Positions 40,146 through 51,821 of a stretch of DNA of 64,000 bases are shown in pieces. The notes under the pieces were generated by a model, which searched no databases, was not told the DNA's origin, and saw only the letters and a program-made list of their open reading frames with translations. Position 1 is the stretch's first letter. Every line of letters begins with the position of its first letter. The DNA is from Octopus vulgaris (lineage: Eukaryota). The position numbers and the translations under genes are program-made. The stretch covers positions 53,444,001 through 53,508,000 of the forward strand of contig OX597824.1 in NCBI GenBank assembly GCA_951406725.2, given 5' to 3'.

Positions 40146-40394
40146 CCACTTGTCTTTCCACCGTGGCAGATAGGACACATGGAGTCATACATAGACGAGT
40201 AGATCGTTCAAGTCATAAGGGGATCACGGGAAACATTTGTGTGCTTATATTGAATAATCTTTGGATGAATTATTAGGTCAATTGATGGATCGATGAATAA
40301 ATTATCAATCAATGAATCGATTGTTATATGGATAGATAGGAACCTCCACTATCCATCTATCTATATTAAGCTATTGAAAAAAGTGACAAATATT

Positions 40395-40787
40395 TGAATG
40401 GTTAGGCAAAATCGTTGGCGTATCGGGGAAGTACCTTGTGGTATTTATTTATGCTCTTATTTCAAACCACACCCCGGTCAACTTTACCTTTCATCACTTT
40501 CCGAGTCAATAAAATAAAGCACCAATCAAGTATTAAGATCAATGTAATTGATTAACCACCTCTGCTCAAAATTACTGGTCTTGACAGAATCGTTAGCACG
40601 TCGGGCAGAATGCTTAGCGGCATTTAGTCCGTTTTTACGTTCTGAGTTCAAATTCCACCGAGGTTCACTTTGCCTTTCCTTGTTTCGGGGTCGATAAAAT
40701 AAGTACCATTGAGTACTGGGGTCGATCTAATAATGTAATCGACTTATCCCTTCTCCGAAACTGCTGGCCTTGTGCCAAAACTTGAAA
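40395..40787 (+). mobile_element. Two tandem SINE family B copies (an older one at 40395-40582, a younger one at 40583-40787)
   Basis: Both have the CAGAATCGTTAGC-like head and the CTTTGCCTTTC..GTCGATAAAATAAGTACC core. Confidence 0.8.
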
Positions 40788-40825
40788 GCAGCAGCAATAG
40801 CAGCAGCAGCAGCAGCAGCAGAAAC

Positions 40826-40893
<68 letters not shown>
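40788..40893. repeat. Compound (CAG)n(TAG)n trinucleotide repeat
   Basis: Seen directly in the sequence. Confidence 0.95.
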
Positions 40894-40894
<1 letters not shown>

Positions 40895-41045
40895 TTAGCC
40901 ACAAGCCAAGCTTGGTCGAACAGAAAGACAATCCAACCGTGACAATTAGAGATTTTGTCGGTGGTAGCGCTACAAATGGCAGCCAAATCTCCAGCTATTA
41001 TTCTACCGCCTTAAAAAGGAGTTACTGCACCAAATACAACAGTCC

Positions 41046-41186
41046 TGGTTTCAATTTTTTGCACAAAGCCAGCAATTTGGAGGAGTGGTTAATCGATTAC
41101 ATCTACCACTGTACTAACCTTTCATTTATTTTATCGACCCTGAAAGGACGAAATGTAAAAGTCAACCTCGGTGGAATTTGAACTCA
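41046..41186 (-). mobile_element. SINE family B fragment
   Basis: GGTTTCAATTTTTTGCACAAAGCCAGCAATT..GTCAACCTCGGTGGAATTTGAACTCAG. Confidence 0.75.
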
Positions 41187-41932
41187 GTACTTATTTATAA
41201 TACAACAGAAAAGAAAACGAGGTGGTCACGGCTTGAAAGTTGGTAGAACGATGTAATTTTTTCATGCAAACGACACAATCAATGTTTCTGCCAGTAAGAA
41301 AATAAGAAAATCCTTTTACAAAAGTAGAAAATTTCAATATTGTTCACCTAGCAACATAATTTACAAAACCCTGCAAAAAACATGGCACAATCAAGAAGCT
41401 TGACAACAATAACAGCAATGCTAAGGACAGGAAATATAGTTATCTCCCTCTCCTGTGTCACAGGTCTACACAGAATACATTTTCAAAATATGTTTTACAT
41501 ACTAAAATAAAATTTGGAAAACTGGCAACAAAAAATTTTAATAAAGCAACACATTTTTAATGGCTCTAAAAACAAAGTCTTCTTGGAATTAGAAGACATT
41601 TATTATCCCACACGACATTCATGTAATAATAATTCTGGAAATATTCTTTTGCTACCTTAGCACGGAACACCGTATATCCCTTATTACACTCAAATCAGAT
41701 TAAGCAAAGGCCTAATAACATTGGAAATAGCCAGCTACCTAATATCAAGGGACATCCTCAAACAGGATATACGAACATACGCAACTGATATAAAACTCCA
41801 TATCCAGTACATTGAATCATAAATTACATATCTACACTATCAATAAACGCTACCACACTTCAAATGCAAACTTACAACATAAAAACCTGAAACACGGACT
41901 ATATTAATTTAATAAATGCACACAAGCACGCA

Positions 41933-41985
<53 letters not shown>

Positions 41986-42212
41986 ACACGGGTGTATGTA
42001 TGTATTATATTATTTCATCATATTTCATATTATATATGCTGGCCTATTTGTGTGGCAAACACCATTAGGCTTCGCAACCATGTAGTTTCGGGCCAATGGT
42101 TTCGCAACCATAAAGCGCCCTAGGTTTTAGAGTGTGATATATGATCCACTGACGGTGTGTGTGTGTGCGTGTCTATGTATCTATATCTATATATATATAT
42201 ATATATATATAT

Positions 42213-42317
<105 letters not shown>

Positions 42318-42324
42318 TATAGAT

Positions 42325-42358
<34 letters not shown>

Positions 42359-42372
42359 ATGTATATATATAT

Positions 42373-42466
<94 letters not shown>

Positions 42467-42642
42467 CTAACCGATAAATTAACTGCTGCTAATTATTAGC
42501 TGCAGGCTAGTTTTCTCGGGTTTCAACGCGCCAAAGTAAAGGCATTTGAAAGATATATTCAAATGTAATAGGCTGAACTCCATGCACGCGATATTTCGGT
42601 ATCGTGTTTGCATCTAGTCCAGCAAATTACATTTATAACGGA

Positions 42643-42707
42643 CCATGCTGATGATGGCTGCAGTTTTCCTTGCGGAAAATAACAGCTGAAACTAAGTTAG
42701 TACATGG
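42643..42707 (+). ncRNA. Type I hammerhead ribozyme, copy 1
   Basis: CCATG-CTGATGA-T-GGCTG..GTTTTCC TTGC GGAAAAT..CAGCT-GAAA-CTAAGTTAG-TA-CATGG; predicted GUA cleavage after 42702. Confidence 0.9.
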
Positions 42708-43150
42708 GTAATTATTTTATTTCGTATATTTTTCACTTGTTTATTGCTATGGTTTTGTGTTGAGTTTGATCTGAGAACATAATCTTTTTGTGGTGAAAGG
42801 CGATTTGACGTCTATATCTAGCATGTTGACTGTCCACTTTTCGTGTTCAGTCCTTAATTGGTATATATAAATATTTTAATCTTCGGATTCTTTTTTAATA
42901 TGCTAGACCACTGGTCTTAATTGATAAATATCAATTTCTACCCTTAATTAATTTTATATAAATAAATATGTTCTCTAACCGATAAATTAACTGCTGCTAA
43001 TTATTAGCTGCAGGCTAGTTTTCTCGGGTTTCAACGCGCCAAAGTAAAGGCATTTGAAAGATATATTCAAATGTAATAGGCTGAACTCCATGCACGCGAT
43101 ATTTCGGTATCGTGTTTGCATCTAGTCCAGCAAATTACATTTATAACGGA

Positions 43151-43215
43151 CCATGCTGATGATGGCTGCAGTTTTCCTTGCGGAAAATAACAGCTGAAAC
43201 TAAGTTAGTACATGG
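43151..43215 (+). ncRNA. Type I hammerhead ribozyme, copy 2
   Basis: Identical to copy 1, offset +508. Confidence 0.9.
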
Positions 43216-43658
43216 GTAATTATTTTATTTCGTATATTATTCACTTGTTTATTGCTATGGTTTTGTGTTGAGTTTGATCTGAGAACATAATCTTTTTGTG
43301 GTGAAAGGCGATTTGACGTCTATATCTAGCATGTTGACTGTCCACTTTTCGTGTTCAGTCCTTAATTGGTATATATAAATATTTTAATCTTCGGATTCTT
43401 TTTTAATATGCTAGACCACTGGTCTTAATTGATAAATATCAATTTCTACCCTTAATTAATTTTATATAAATAAATATGTTCTCTAACCGATAAATTAACT
43501 GCTGCTAATTATTAGCTGCAGGCTAGTTTTCTCGGGTTTCAACGCGCCAAAGTAAAGGCATTTGAAAGATATATTCAAATGTAATAGGCTGAACTCCATG
43601 CACGCGATATTTCGGTATCGTGTTTGCATCTAGTCCAGCAAATTACATTTATAACGGA

Positions 43659-43723
43659 CCATGCTGATGATGGCTGCAGTTTTCCTTGCGGAAAATAACA
43701 GCTGAAACTAAGTTAGTACATGG
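43659..43723 (+). ncRNA. Type I hammerhead ribozyme, copy 3
   Basis: Identical to copy 1, offset +1016. Confidence 0.9.
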
Positions 43724-43876
43724 GTAATTATTTTATTTCGTATATTTTTCACTTGTTTATTGCTATGGTTTTGTGTTGAGTTTGATCTGAGAACATAATC
43801 TTTTTGTGGTGAAAGGCGATTTGACGTCTATATCTAGCATGTTGACTGTCCACTTTTCGTGTTCAGTCCTTAATTG

Positions 43877-43969
<93 letters not shown>

Positions 43970-44052
43970 GGTCCCGGGTTGATTCGGGGTTAACCACAGT
44001 AAATAAGGTACTCAATACATAGCAGAGTAAAATTAATTTATTATATAGAAGG

Positions 44053-44103
44053 AGCTTCTACAGGACTAGAACTGTTTCATTCAAGAGAAATCTTCAGGAA
44101 GCT
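44053..44103 (-). ncRNA. Type I hammerhead in the PLE 3' pLTR
   Basis: Minus strand AGCTTC-CTGAAGA-TTTCTCTTGAAT-GAAA-CAGTTCTAGTCCTG-TA-GAAGCT. Confidence 0.8.
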
Positions 44104-44324
44104 AGTTAACAAGAATTGTATTGGCATTTATACATTTATGCAGGTTTATAGGGGTGGTGGTGGGGGACTTTTTGGGGGTAGGCATAGCGCAAAAAAATCA
44201 TACTTGGGGGAGTGGTCAAGGAGTCAGTGGTAAATTAGATAGAAGAATAAATAAAAGAATAAAAAAAGAATAAAAAAATATAAAATTATATAGAAGAATA
44301 GAGTTTTAGGTAAATAAGGAAATT

Positions 44325-44370
44325 CTCAACACACACACATATACATACACACATACATACACACACACCC

Positions 44371-44405
<35 letters not shown>

Positions 44406-44424
44406 TATACATACATATATCTAT

Positions 44425-44455
<31 letters not shown>

Positions 44456-44665
44456 CATACATACACATATACATGCATATACATATACACACACACATAT
44501 ATATATACACACACACGACCACACATACACATACACACAAAAAAATATATACATACACACACATACACATACTCACATACACACACATATCCACATACAC
44601 ACATGCACACATAACACACAAGTCCCTATATACTCATATATACATATACACATATATGTATGCAT

Positions 44666-44714
<49 letters not shown>

Positions 44715-45238
44715 CATATGTGTACCCATTCATACACATATATGTATGTATACACACACACATACATATATATACACATACATACATACATATGTGTACC
44801 TATTCATACCTACACATACACACATATATACATACAATTACAAACCCATTCCCTAATTTTAATTTTATTATCTTCATTTATTACTTTTGTTATCTTTGAC
44901 CGCTGGTCACAAACATCTTGGCTAGTCCCTTTTATCTTTCTACTTGAGCACAAGCACTCACTCACGCACGCACACTCATTAGCACGCACACACACTCTTA
45001 TTCGTACACTCATACACATACACGCACGCACGCGTTATATTCATACATACATACATCTACATACATACACGTATATACACATACATACGCGTACCTACAG
45101 ATTCATGTCTACAATCTTAGAAGACTAGTCTATACATATACACCAAATATATATACACACATACATATACACCTACATACAAATACATACATACATATAT
45201 ATACACACATATATATATATACATACACATATACACAT

Positions 45239-45283
<45 letters not shown>

Positions 45284-45454
45284 TACATATATATACATAT
45301 ACATATATATATACACACATCTGCATACATACATACATACATACACCCATACATACATACATATATACACACATACACACACCCACACATATACATATAC
45401 ATACATATACGCGCATGCATACACATACAAATACATACACATACACATATACAT

Positions 45455-45503
<49 letters not shown>

Positions 45504-45586
45504 CATACATATACATACATATACATATATACACACACACATACATACACATATACACATACACGCACATACACATATACATGCAT

Positions 45587-45619
<33 letters not shown>

Positions 45620-45697
45620 CATACATATATATATATATACACACATACACACATACACATACACACATACACATATGTACACATACACACACATATT

Positions 45698-45755
<58 letters not shown>

Positions 45756-46329
45756 TATATACATACACACACATATATACATACACACACATACATATAT
45801 ATATACATACACACACACACATATATATATACCCACACCTACACATACACACATATATATACATATATACATACATATACACACATACACATACACACAC
45901 ATATATGTACATACATACACATACACATACATATACATATACATATACATATACACATGCACATACGTATAACTCTACATACCCACAAATACATATATAC
46001 ATATATATACACACATATATATATATATATATACACACACATATATATACACATACACATGTGCACACATACACACACATATATATACCCATCTACAATC
46101 TGTATATACACACACATACATGCACATACACATAACTCTACATACCTACATATACATCGACATACTCGCGTACACTCATATGTATATATATATATATATA
46201 TACACATACACATACATATACACACATATACATATATATATATACATATATATATAAATAAATATATATATATATACACACGCACACATATACATATATA
46301 TATACACACACACACACATACACATACAT

Positions 46330-46397
<68 letters not shown>

Positions 46398-46677
46398 ACA
46401 ATTGAGGGTAAAGTTAATTAGTTATTAATCAATTTCACCAAGTATTCAGTATGTAAAAGGACCATTATTTTTTGAGTAAACATTGTCTGAGAGAAAATTT
46501 TCTTTAAGTAGTGGAAAAGGCTAAAAAACTTATTTGGCTGCTATTTCTAGAAAGTTCAGTATGTGGCAAAGTAATTTATTTTACTAAGCCCTAATTATAT
46601 AATATTTTATATATACATACACATACATACACACATACATATACACATACATATGCATACACACATATATACATATA

Positions 46678-46711
<34 letters not shown>

Positions 46712-46850
46712 TACATATATATATATATTTTTTTACACACATACACACACACACACACATAATACATGCGTATATTCCTACTATACCCATACATTTCTAT
46801 ACATATATACGATACACATATACAAGCGTGCACATACAATATGTGAAAGG
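44325..46850. repeat. Large degenerate (CA)/(TA)/(CATA) tract with short unique islands
   Basis: Seen directly in the sequence. Confidence 0.9.
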
Positions 46851-46920
46851 TCTTAGGAGAAAAGGTAGTCGGGGGTGCTAGGGGAACGGTGGGATTGGGG
46901 GGTTTGTGGGTGGGGTGTCA

Positions 46921-47421
46921 TCAATCTGGTTGCCGGGTAGGTCTATAGTTCTTGTAGTTTGCATAATTCTTATGCATGCAATTTGGGGAGTGTTCTGAAA
47001 TCTTGTTATGGAGAGGGCCTTTGGCGAACAAGATCTCTAGGCTCTCCGAAATGCAAAGGTCACAGCAGGTATGGCCTCCTGTGTACGAACGCGCCTTCTG
47101 TAGTAGTTTCCACTTGGTCTTGAAGGGGATGGAGTTCCTTTTAAGGTACCAGATGTGGGCGGCGAGGGTAGTTTGGTTGGATTTATCCGGTCGCCGGAAC
47201 GAGTGTGTGTGTGCGTACCAACGGGTCTTAAAGCTGTTTGACGTCATTCCGATGTAGGATTTTCTTTTATCGTCAGGGCCTGATCTTACCTCGCATGTAT
47301 ATACTAGGTCCTTCTGTAGGCAGTTGTTGTTGAAGGGGCAGGTGGTTTTATCAGGGCAGTTGCAATTGCTATCGGACGTTGGATGGGCCTCGGAAAAAGT
47401 AGATATGTTAAGTTTTTTCAC
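46921..47421 (-). pseudogene. PLE GIY-YIG endonuclease domain (end of a truncated, frameshifted ORF)
   Basis: CNC..CPFNNNCL, VYTC, YIGMT, CDLCISE motifs. Confidence 0.88.
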
Positions 47422-48033
47422 ATTGTTGTTGGCTAGGTTCCTGGCTAGATTGGGCGTGGTAGAGTAGGAGAGTCTAATAGTGTTCTTATTTAGGATAGTG
47501 TAGTACTTATGTTGGGTGGGGAAGTGTTTCTGTAGGAGAGTGAAGAAGATTTTAGCTACAGGTGTAGCGACCTCACGGTTGAAGGGGGGTTGTACCAGCT
47601 AATGTGTCTTCGTCTATTTTTCCTGGGTTGGCGTGGGGCTATACTAGTATAGGTAATCTTATCTTTAAAGCCACTGCGTGCCAGGGCCTCGTTGTAATAG
47701 GGGGCTGCGGCCTTAAAGATATCTTCCGTGGCGGACAGGCTAGAAATTCTTATTGAGACACTTTTTACTAGGTTATCTAATATATTTTTGGGGTGGTTGG
47801 AATTAATATCTATATATCTAAGGGATTCATTTGGTTTGTGGTACGGGTAATAAAGTGAGGTTTTTAAGTCGAGGGTGACGTCAAGGAAGTTAGCTTTGGT
47901 TAAGTTGGATTCTAAGGTAATCCTAAGGCCTAAGTTTTTAAAGAAGGTGTAAAGATTTTTCCGGAACCCATCCGTGGTCCTGGGGTTTATTTTGTGGAGG
48001 GCTGTATAAATGCCAATACAATTCTTGTTAACT

Positions 48034-48084
48034 AGCTTCCTGAAGATTTCTCTTGAATGAAACAGTTCTAGTCCTGTAGAAGCT
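48034..48084 (+). ncRNA. Type I hammerhead in the inverted 5' pLTR copy
   Basis: Exact inverted copy of 44053-44103. Confidence 0.8.
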
Positions 48085-48094
48085 CCTTCTATAT

Positions 48095-48180
<86 letters not shown>

Positions 48181-48182
<2 letters not shown>

Positions 48183-50791
48183 CTACGTTCACAGCATTTC
48201 AGTCGAAAAAACTCTCCTCTCAGACCACGACATGGTACTCTGCAATCTTAATTCACGACATATAAAAACCAAACCAGCCAATCCCACTCCATGGCACCCA
48301 TTTGACAACATAAACTCCCACAAAGCGGACTGGGGAACAATCAGAAAGGATCTGTCTTCCATCGACTGGTCTTTTACTCTCAATTCCTCTCATATTGAGA
48401 CACGCTCCCAATTCCTCTCATATTGAGACACGCTCCCAAGAAATCTACTAACAAACAGAAACCGGCTCCCTAAAAAGAAAAAAACACTCATCAGGCGCAT
48501 CAAAAGACTCAACAAAAAAATCAACCAATTAAAATATTCCCACACACAACATCCACATTCAACAACAATGAAAAGACTAGAGCTGGAAAAACACGCTCCC
48601 AATTCCTCTCATATTGAGACACGCTCCCAAGAAATCTATTAACACAAACAGAAACCGGCTCCCTAAAAAGAAAAAAACACTCATCAGGCGCATCAAAAGA
48701 CTCAACAAAAAAATCAACCAATTAAAATATTCCCACACACAACATCCACATTCAACAACAATGAAAAGACTAGAGCTGGAAAAACTTCATCTGCAGACTA
48801 ACATGAAAACCTCCATTGAAAATCAAAGAGCTGTGGAGGAACAATGGGTAATCAAAAACATCAAACAGAACCCAAAAGTGTTCTATTCTTATGCAAATAA
48901 GCATAGAACCACTGTCTCACCCATTGGGCCATTGATTGATGATAACGGCATTCCCCAACACGATGCTAAAGAAATGGCAGAAATACTGCAGAACCAATAC
49001 TGCTCTGTCTTTAGTGTTCCCACTGATATTGACGTGAGGGAAACGAACGAAGTTGACTCCCAACATAAAATCTCAGACATAACCTTCACTGCCACCGACA
49101 TCGTAGCAGCAATAAATGAGGTCAAACATTACTCTGCTGTAGGCCCTGATAGATTTCCCGCTAGTCTCCTGAAGGAATGTAGATATCAACTTGCAGTCCC
49201 TCTGACCAACCTCTGGAGAAATTCGTTAGACGCAGGTTATATACCGAAACAGTTTCTATCCCAGTCGGTCATCCCGGTTTTCAAACAGGGAAACAGATCC
49301 CTCGCAGTCAACTATCGCCCAATCTCACTCACCTCCCACATCATTAAAGTGTTTGAAAGAGTGTTAAGATCAAGGATAGCTGACTTCCTGGAGACCCACA
49401 AACTCCTAAATTCAAATCAGCATGGCTTTCGCTGTGGCAGGGACTGTCTAACACAGCTCTTACACCACATTGAAGATGTACTCAAAGCCTTGGGAACAGG
49501 TTCGAACTCTGACGTCATATATCTTGACTTCAGTAAAGCGTTCGACAGGGTAGACCATAACATCCTACTCTCAAAATTGGCAAATGTTGGAATCCGTGGA
49601 AAAGTTCTACACTGGATTAAGTATTTCCTGGCGAATAGAACACAACATGTTGTAGTTGATGGAGTCCACTCAAACCCAGCAAAAGTCACCAGCGGTGTTC
49701 CCCAGGGAACTGTTTTGGGTCCGCTACTCTTCATAATTTACGTAAACGACCTTTCCAGTGTCGTACATTACTGCAAAGTGAAAATATTCGCTGATGACAC
49801 TAAGCTCCAGCAAATCGTCAATGAAGAAGCAGACCGAACTCAACTCCAGTCTGATCTATATGCTGTGAGTCAATGGGCAGACAGAAACAAAATGCAACTG
49901 AATGAGGGAAAATTTGAGCTGATGCATTTTGGAAGAAATTCCTCACTAAAACAACCATACTCTCTTCCTTCAGGGGAACCGTTCACAGCCTCTAACAATA
50001 TCAGAGACCTGGGTGTAATTGTTGATGATGATCTCAGTTGGAGTGCACACATCAACAAGAAGGTCGATATAGCTAGTAGGATGAGTTCCTGGATCTTAAG
50101 AACTTTCCGGTCCAGAGAACAAGGTGTCATCATACCACTTTTTTCCTCCTTTGTACGGCCACACCTTGAATACTGCTGCCCACTGTGGTCTCCTCACACA
50201 AGACAAAACATCTCCAGAATTGAGTCACCCCAGAGGGCTCTCACTAAACAAATTGAAGGCATGGCTGCTCTCGATTATTGGGATCGCCTTAAAGCCTTGA
50301 AACTTTACTCCCTCCAGCGTCGCCGTGAGCGGTACATCATTTGTACGATGTGGAAAATATACCGCCAACTTTGCCCAAACGACCTAAACATTAGCTTCAA
50401 GGTTCATCCAAGATTTGGACCACGGGCTATACGTCCCCTGCCAAATTCAAGATCACAACATACATGTACACTGCAACATAATTTCTTTTCCTCAACAGGC
50501 CCTGCCCTATTTAACATTGTCCCGAGGGAGATCAAAGAGGAAAAGGATCCCATCAACTTTAAACAGAGTCTGGATAGATTCCTTCAAAGAATACCAGATA
50601 AGCCACCCATAATTGGATACAACTCACCCAACAAGAACTCACTACTTGACTTAAACAAAACTTGACTTAAACAAAACTTGACTTAAACAAAACTTGACTT
50701 AAACAGGATTCGAATAATCCTATCAGGTGGTGCTATTAAGTTAGACATGGCCTGGACCAATCTTTGGTCGAAACATATCTAAGTTTATCTA

Positions 50792-50795
<4 letters not shown>
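48181..50795 (+). mobile_element. Young 5'-truncated CR1-group LINE in (TA)n
   Basis: Intact RT ORF, short 3'UTR with hairpin GACCAA-TCT-TTGGTC, tail (ATCTAAGTTT)x2, (TA)n on both sides. Confidence 0.92.
48614..50665 (+). CDS. Reverse transcriptase (ORF2 C-terminal part; endonuclease missing)
   Basis: NYRPISLTS, QHGFR, YLDFSKAFDRV, GVPQGTVLGPLLFIIYVNDL, IFADD, RDLGV, RPHLEYCCPLWSP; 683 aa uninterrupted. The start is not a natural initiation site. Confidence 0.93.
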   Translation: MRHAPKKSINTNRNRLPKKKKTLIRRIKRLNKKINQLKYSHTQHPHSTTMKRLELEKLHLQTNMKTSIENQRAVEEQWVIKNIKQNPKVFYSYANKHRTTVSPIGPLIDDNGIPQHDAKEMAEILQNQYCSVFSVPTDIDVRETNEVDSQHKISDITFTATDIVAAINEVKHYSAVGPDRFPASLLKECRYQLAVPLTNLWRNSLDAGYIPKQFLSQSVIPVFKQGNRSLAVNYRPISLTSHIIKVFERVLRSRIADFLETHKLLNSNQHGFRCGRDCLTQLLHHIEDVLKALGTGSNSDVIYLDFSKAFDRVDHNILLSKLANVGIRGKVLHWIKYFLANRTQHVVVDGVHSNPAKVTSGVPQGTVLGPLLFIIYVNDLSSVVHYCKVKIFADDTKLQQIVNEEADRTQLQSDLYAVSQWADRNKMQLNEGKFELMHFGRNSSLKQPYSLPSGEPFTASNNIRDLGVIVDDDLSWSAHINKKVDIASRMSSWILRTFRSREQGVIIPLFSSFVRPHLEYCCPLWSPHTRQNISRIESPQRALTKQIEGMAALDYWDRLKALKLYSLQRRRERYIICTMWKIYRQLCPNDLNISFKVHPRFGPRAIRPLPNSRSQHTCTLQHNFFSSTGPALFNIVPREIKEEKDPINFKQSLDRFLQRIPDKPPIIGYNSPNKNSLLDLNKT

Positions 50796-50827
<32 letters not shown>

Positions 50828-51068
50828 ATTAGAGATGATTCAGAAACCCATGTGTTTAACTCAGTCTTCCTGCGAATATTAGCTACACAGAATGTAGAGA
50901 AATGGATAGTTTTCCTTAAAGAAAACCGTTACACACACAACGTGGAATTTGTGTGTCACGTAGTCAGGTCATGAATGGAGGTGTTGGTATTACATTTATT
51001 CCGTCACTTCGATCTCTTCAACAATACATGGCTTGGAAAAGTCATGAATGCAAATAATGATTATACAA

Positions 51069-51235
51069 TATTGATTTCAAATTTTGACCCAGGGCCAGCA
51101 ATTTCGGAAAAGAGGTAAGTCGATTACATCGACCCCAGTGTTCAAGGCAAAGTCGGCCTCGGTGAAATTTGAACTTAGAACGTAAATGCGGACGAAATGC
51201 CGCTAAGCATTTTACCTAGCGTGATAACGATTCTT
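51069..51235 (-). mobile_element. SINE family B with internal deletion
   Basis: TTTCAAATTTTG..GCCAGCAATTTC..GAAATGCCGCTAAGCATTT..AACGATTCT. Confidence 0.8.
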
Positions 51236-51276
51236 TTGATCGTTATTAAGGTGATATTACATATGACTGATATACA

Positions 51277-51335
<59 letters not shown>

Positions 51336-51338
<3 letters not shown>

Positions 51339-51740
51339 CGCAGGAGTGGCTGTGTGGTAAGTAGCTTGCTAACCAACCACGTGGTTCCGGGTTCAGTCCC
51401 ATTGCGTGGCATCTTGGGCAAGTGTCTTCTGCTGTAGCCCCTTGCCGACCAATGCCTTGTGAGTTGATTTGGTAGACGGAAACTGAAAGAAGCCTGTCGT
51501 ATATATGTATATGTATGTATGTGTATGTGTTTGTGTGTCTGTGTTTGTACCCCTAGCATTGCTTGACAACCGATGCTGGTGTGTTTACGTCCCCGTCACT
51601 TAGCGGTTCGGCCAAAGAGACCGATAGAATAAGTACTGGGCTTACAAAGAATAAGTCTCGGGGTCGATTTGCTCGACTAAAGACGGTGCTCCAGCATGGC
51701 CGCAGTCAAATGACTGAAACATGTAAAAGAGTAAAAGAGT
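51336..51740 (+). mobile_element. SINE family A, near full-length, in (TA)n
   Basis: GGCGCAGGAGTGGCTGTGTGGTAAG..GGTTCAGTCCC head, core, and (GTAAAAGA) tail. Confidence 0.9.
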
Positions 51741-51741
51741 A

Positions 51742-51821
<80 letters not shown>

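Larger units (their letters stand above)
42466..43885 (+). mobile_element. Tandem array (2.8 copies) of a 508-bp non-coding hammerhead-containing unit; retrozyme-like
   Basis: Units start at 42466, 42974 and 43482 and are nearly identical (one substitution seen). Each has a full hammerhead. Flanked by (TA)n; no ORF. Confidence 0.9.
43967..48098 (-). mobile_element. 5'-truncated Penelope-like element with inverted pLTR copy at its 5' end and a microsatellite-rich 3' region
   Basis: ANFLDVTLDL/SNHP-type thumb (about 47600-48000); GIY-YIG LVYTCEV..YIGMT..FKTRWYAHTHSF..CDLCISE (46921-47421); 48003-48098 is the reverse complement of 44038-44134; (TA)n flanks. Confidence 0.88.

Noticed and set aside
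40665-40986. Poly-Tyr/Cys and poly-Leu ORFs
   Set aside because: Translation of the (CAG)n(TAG)n repeat.
42466-43885. CRISPR array or plain satellite interpretation
   Set aside because: No repeat-spacer alternation, no cas genes and a eukaryotic context; the ribozyme in each unit argues against an inert satellite.
50745-50780. Hairpin plus GAAAC in the CR1-type 3'UTR resembling a hammerhead half
   Set aside because: No CUGANGA core or stems I/III; more likely the LINE 3' recognition stem-loop.
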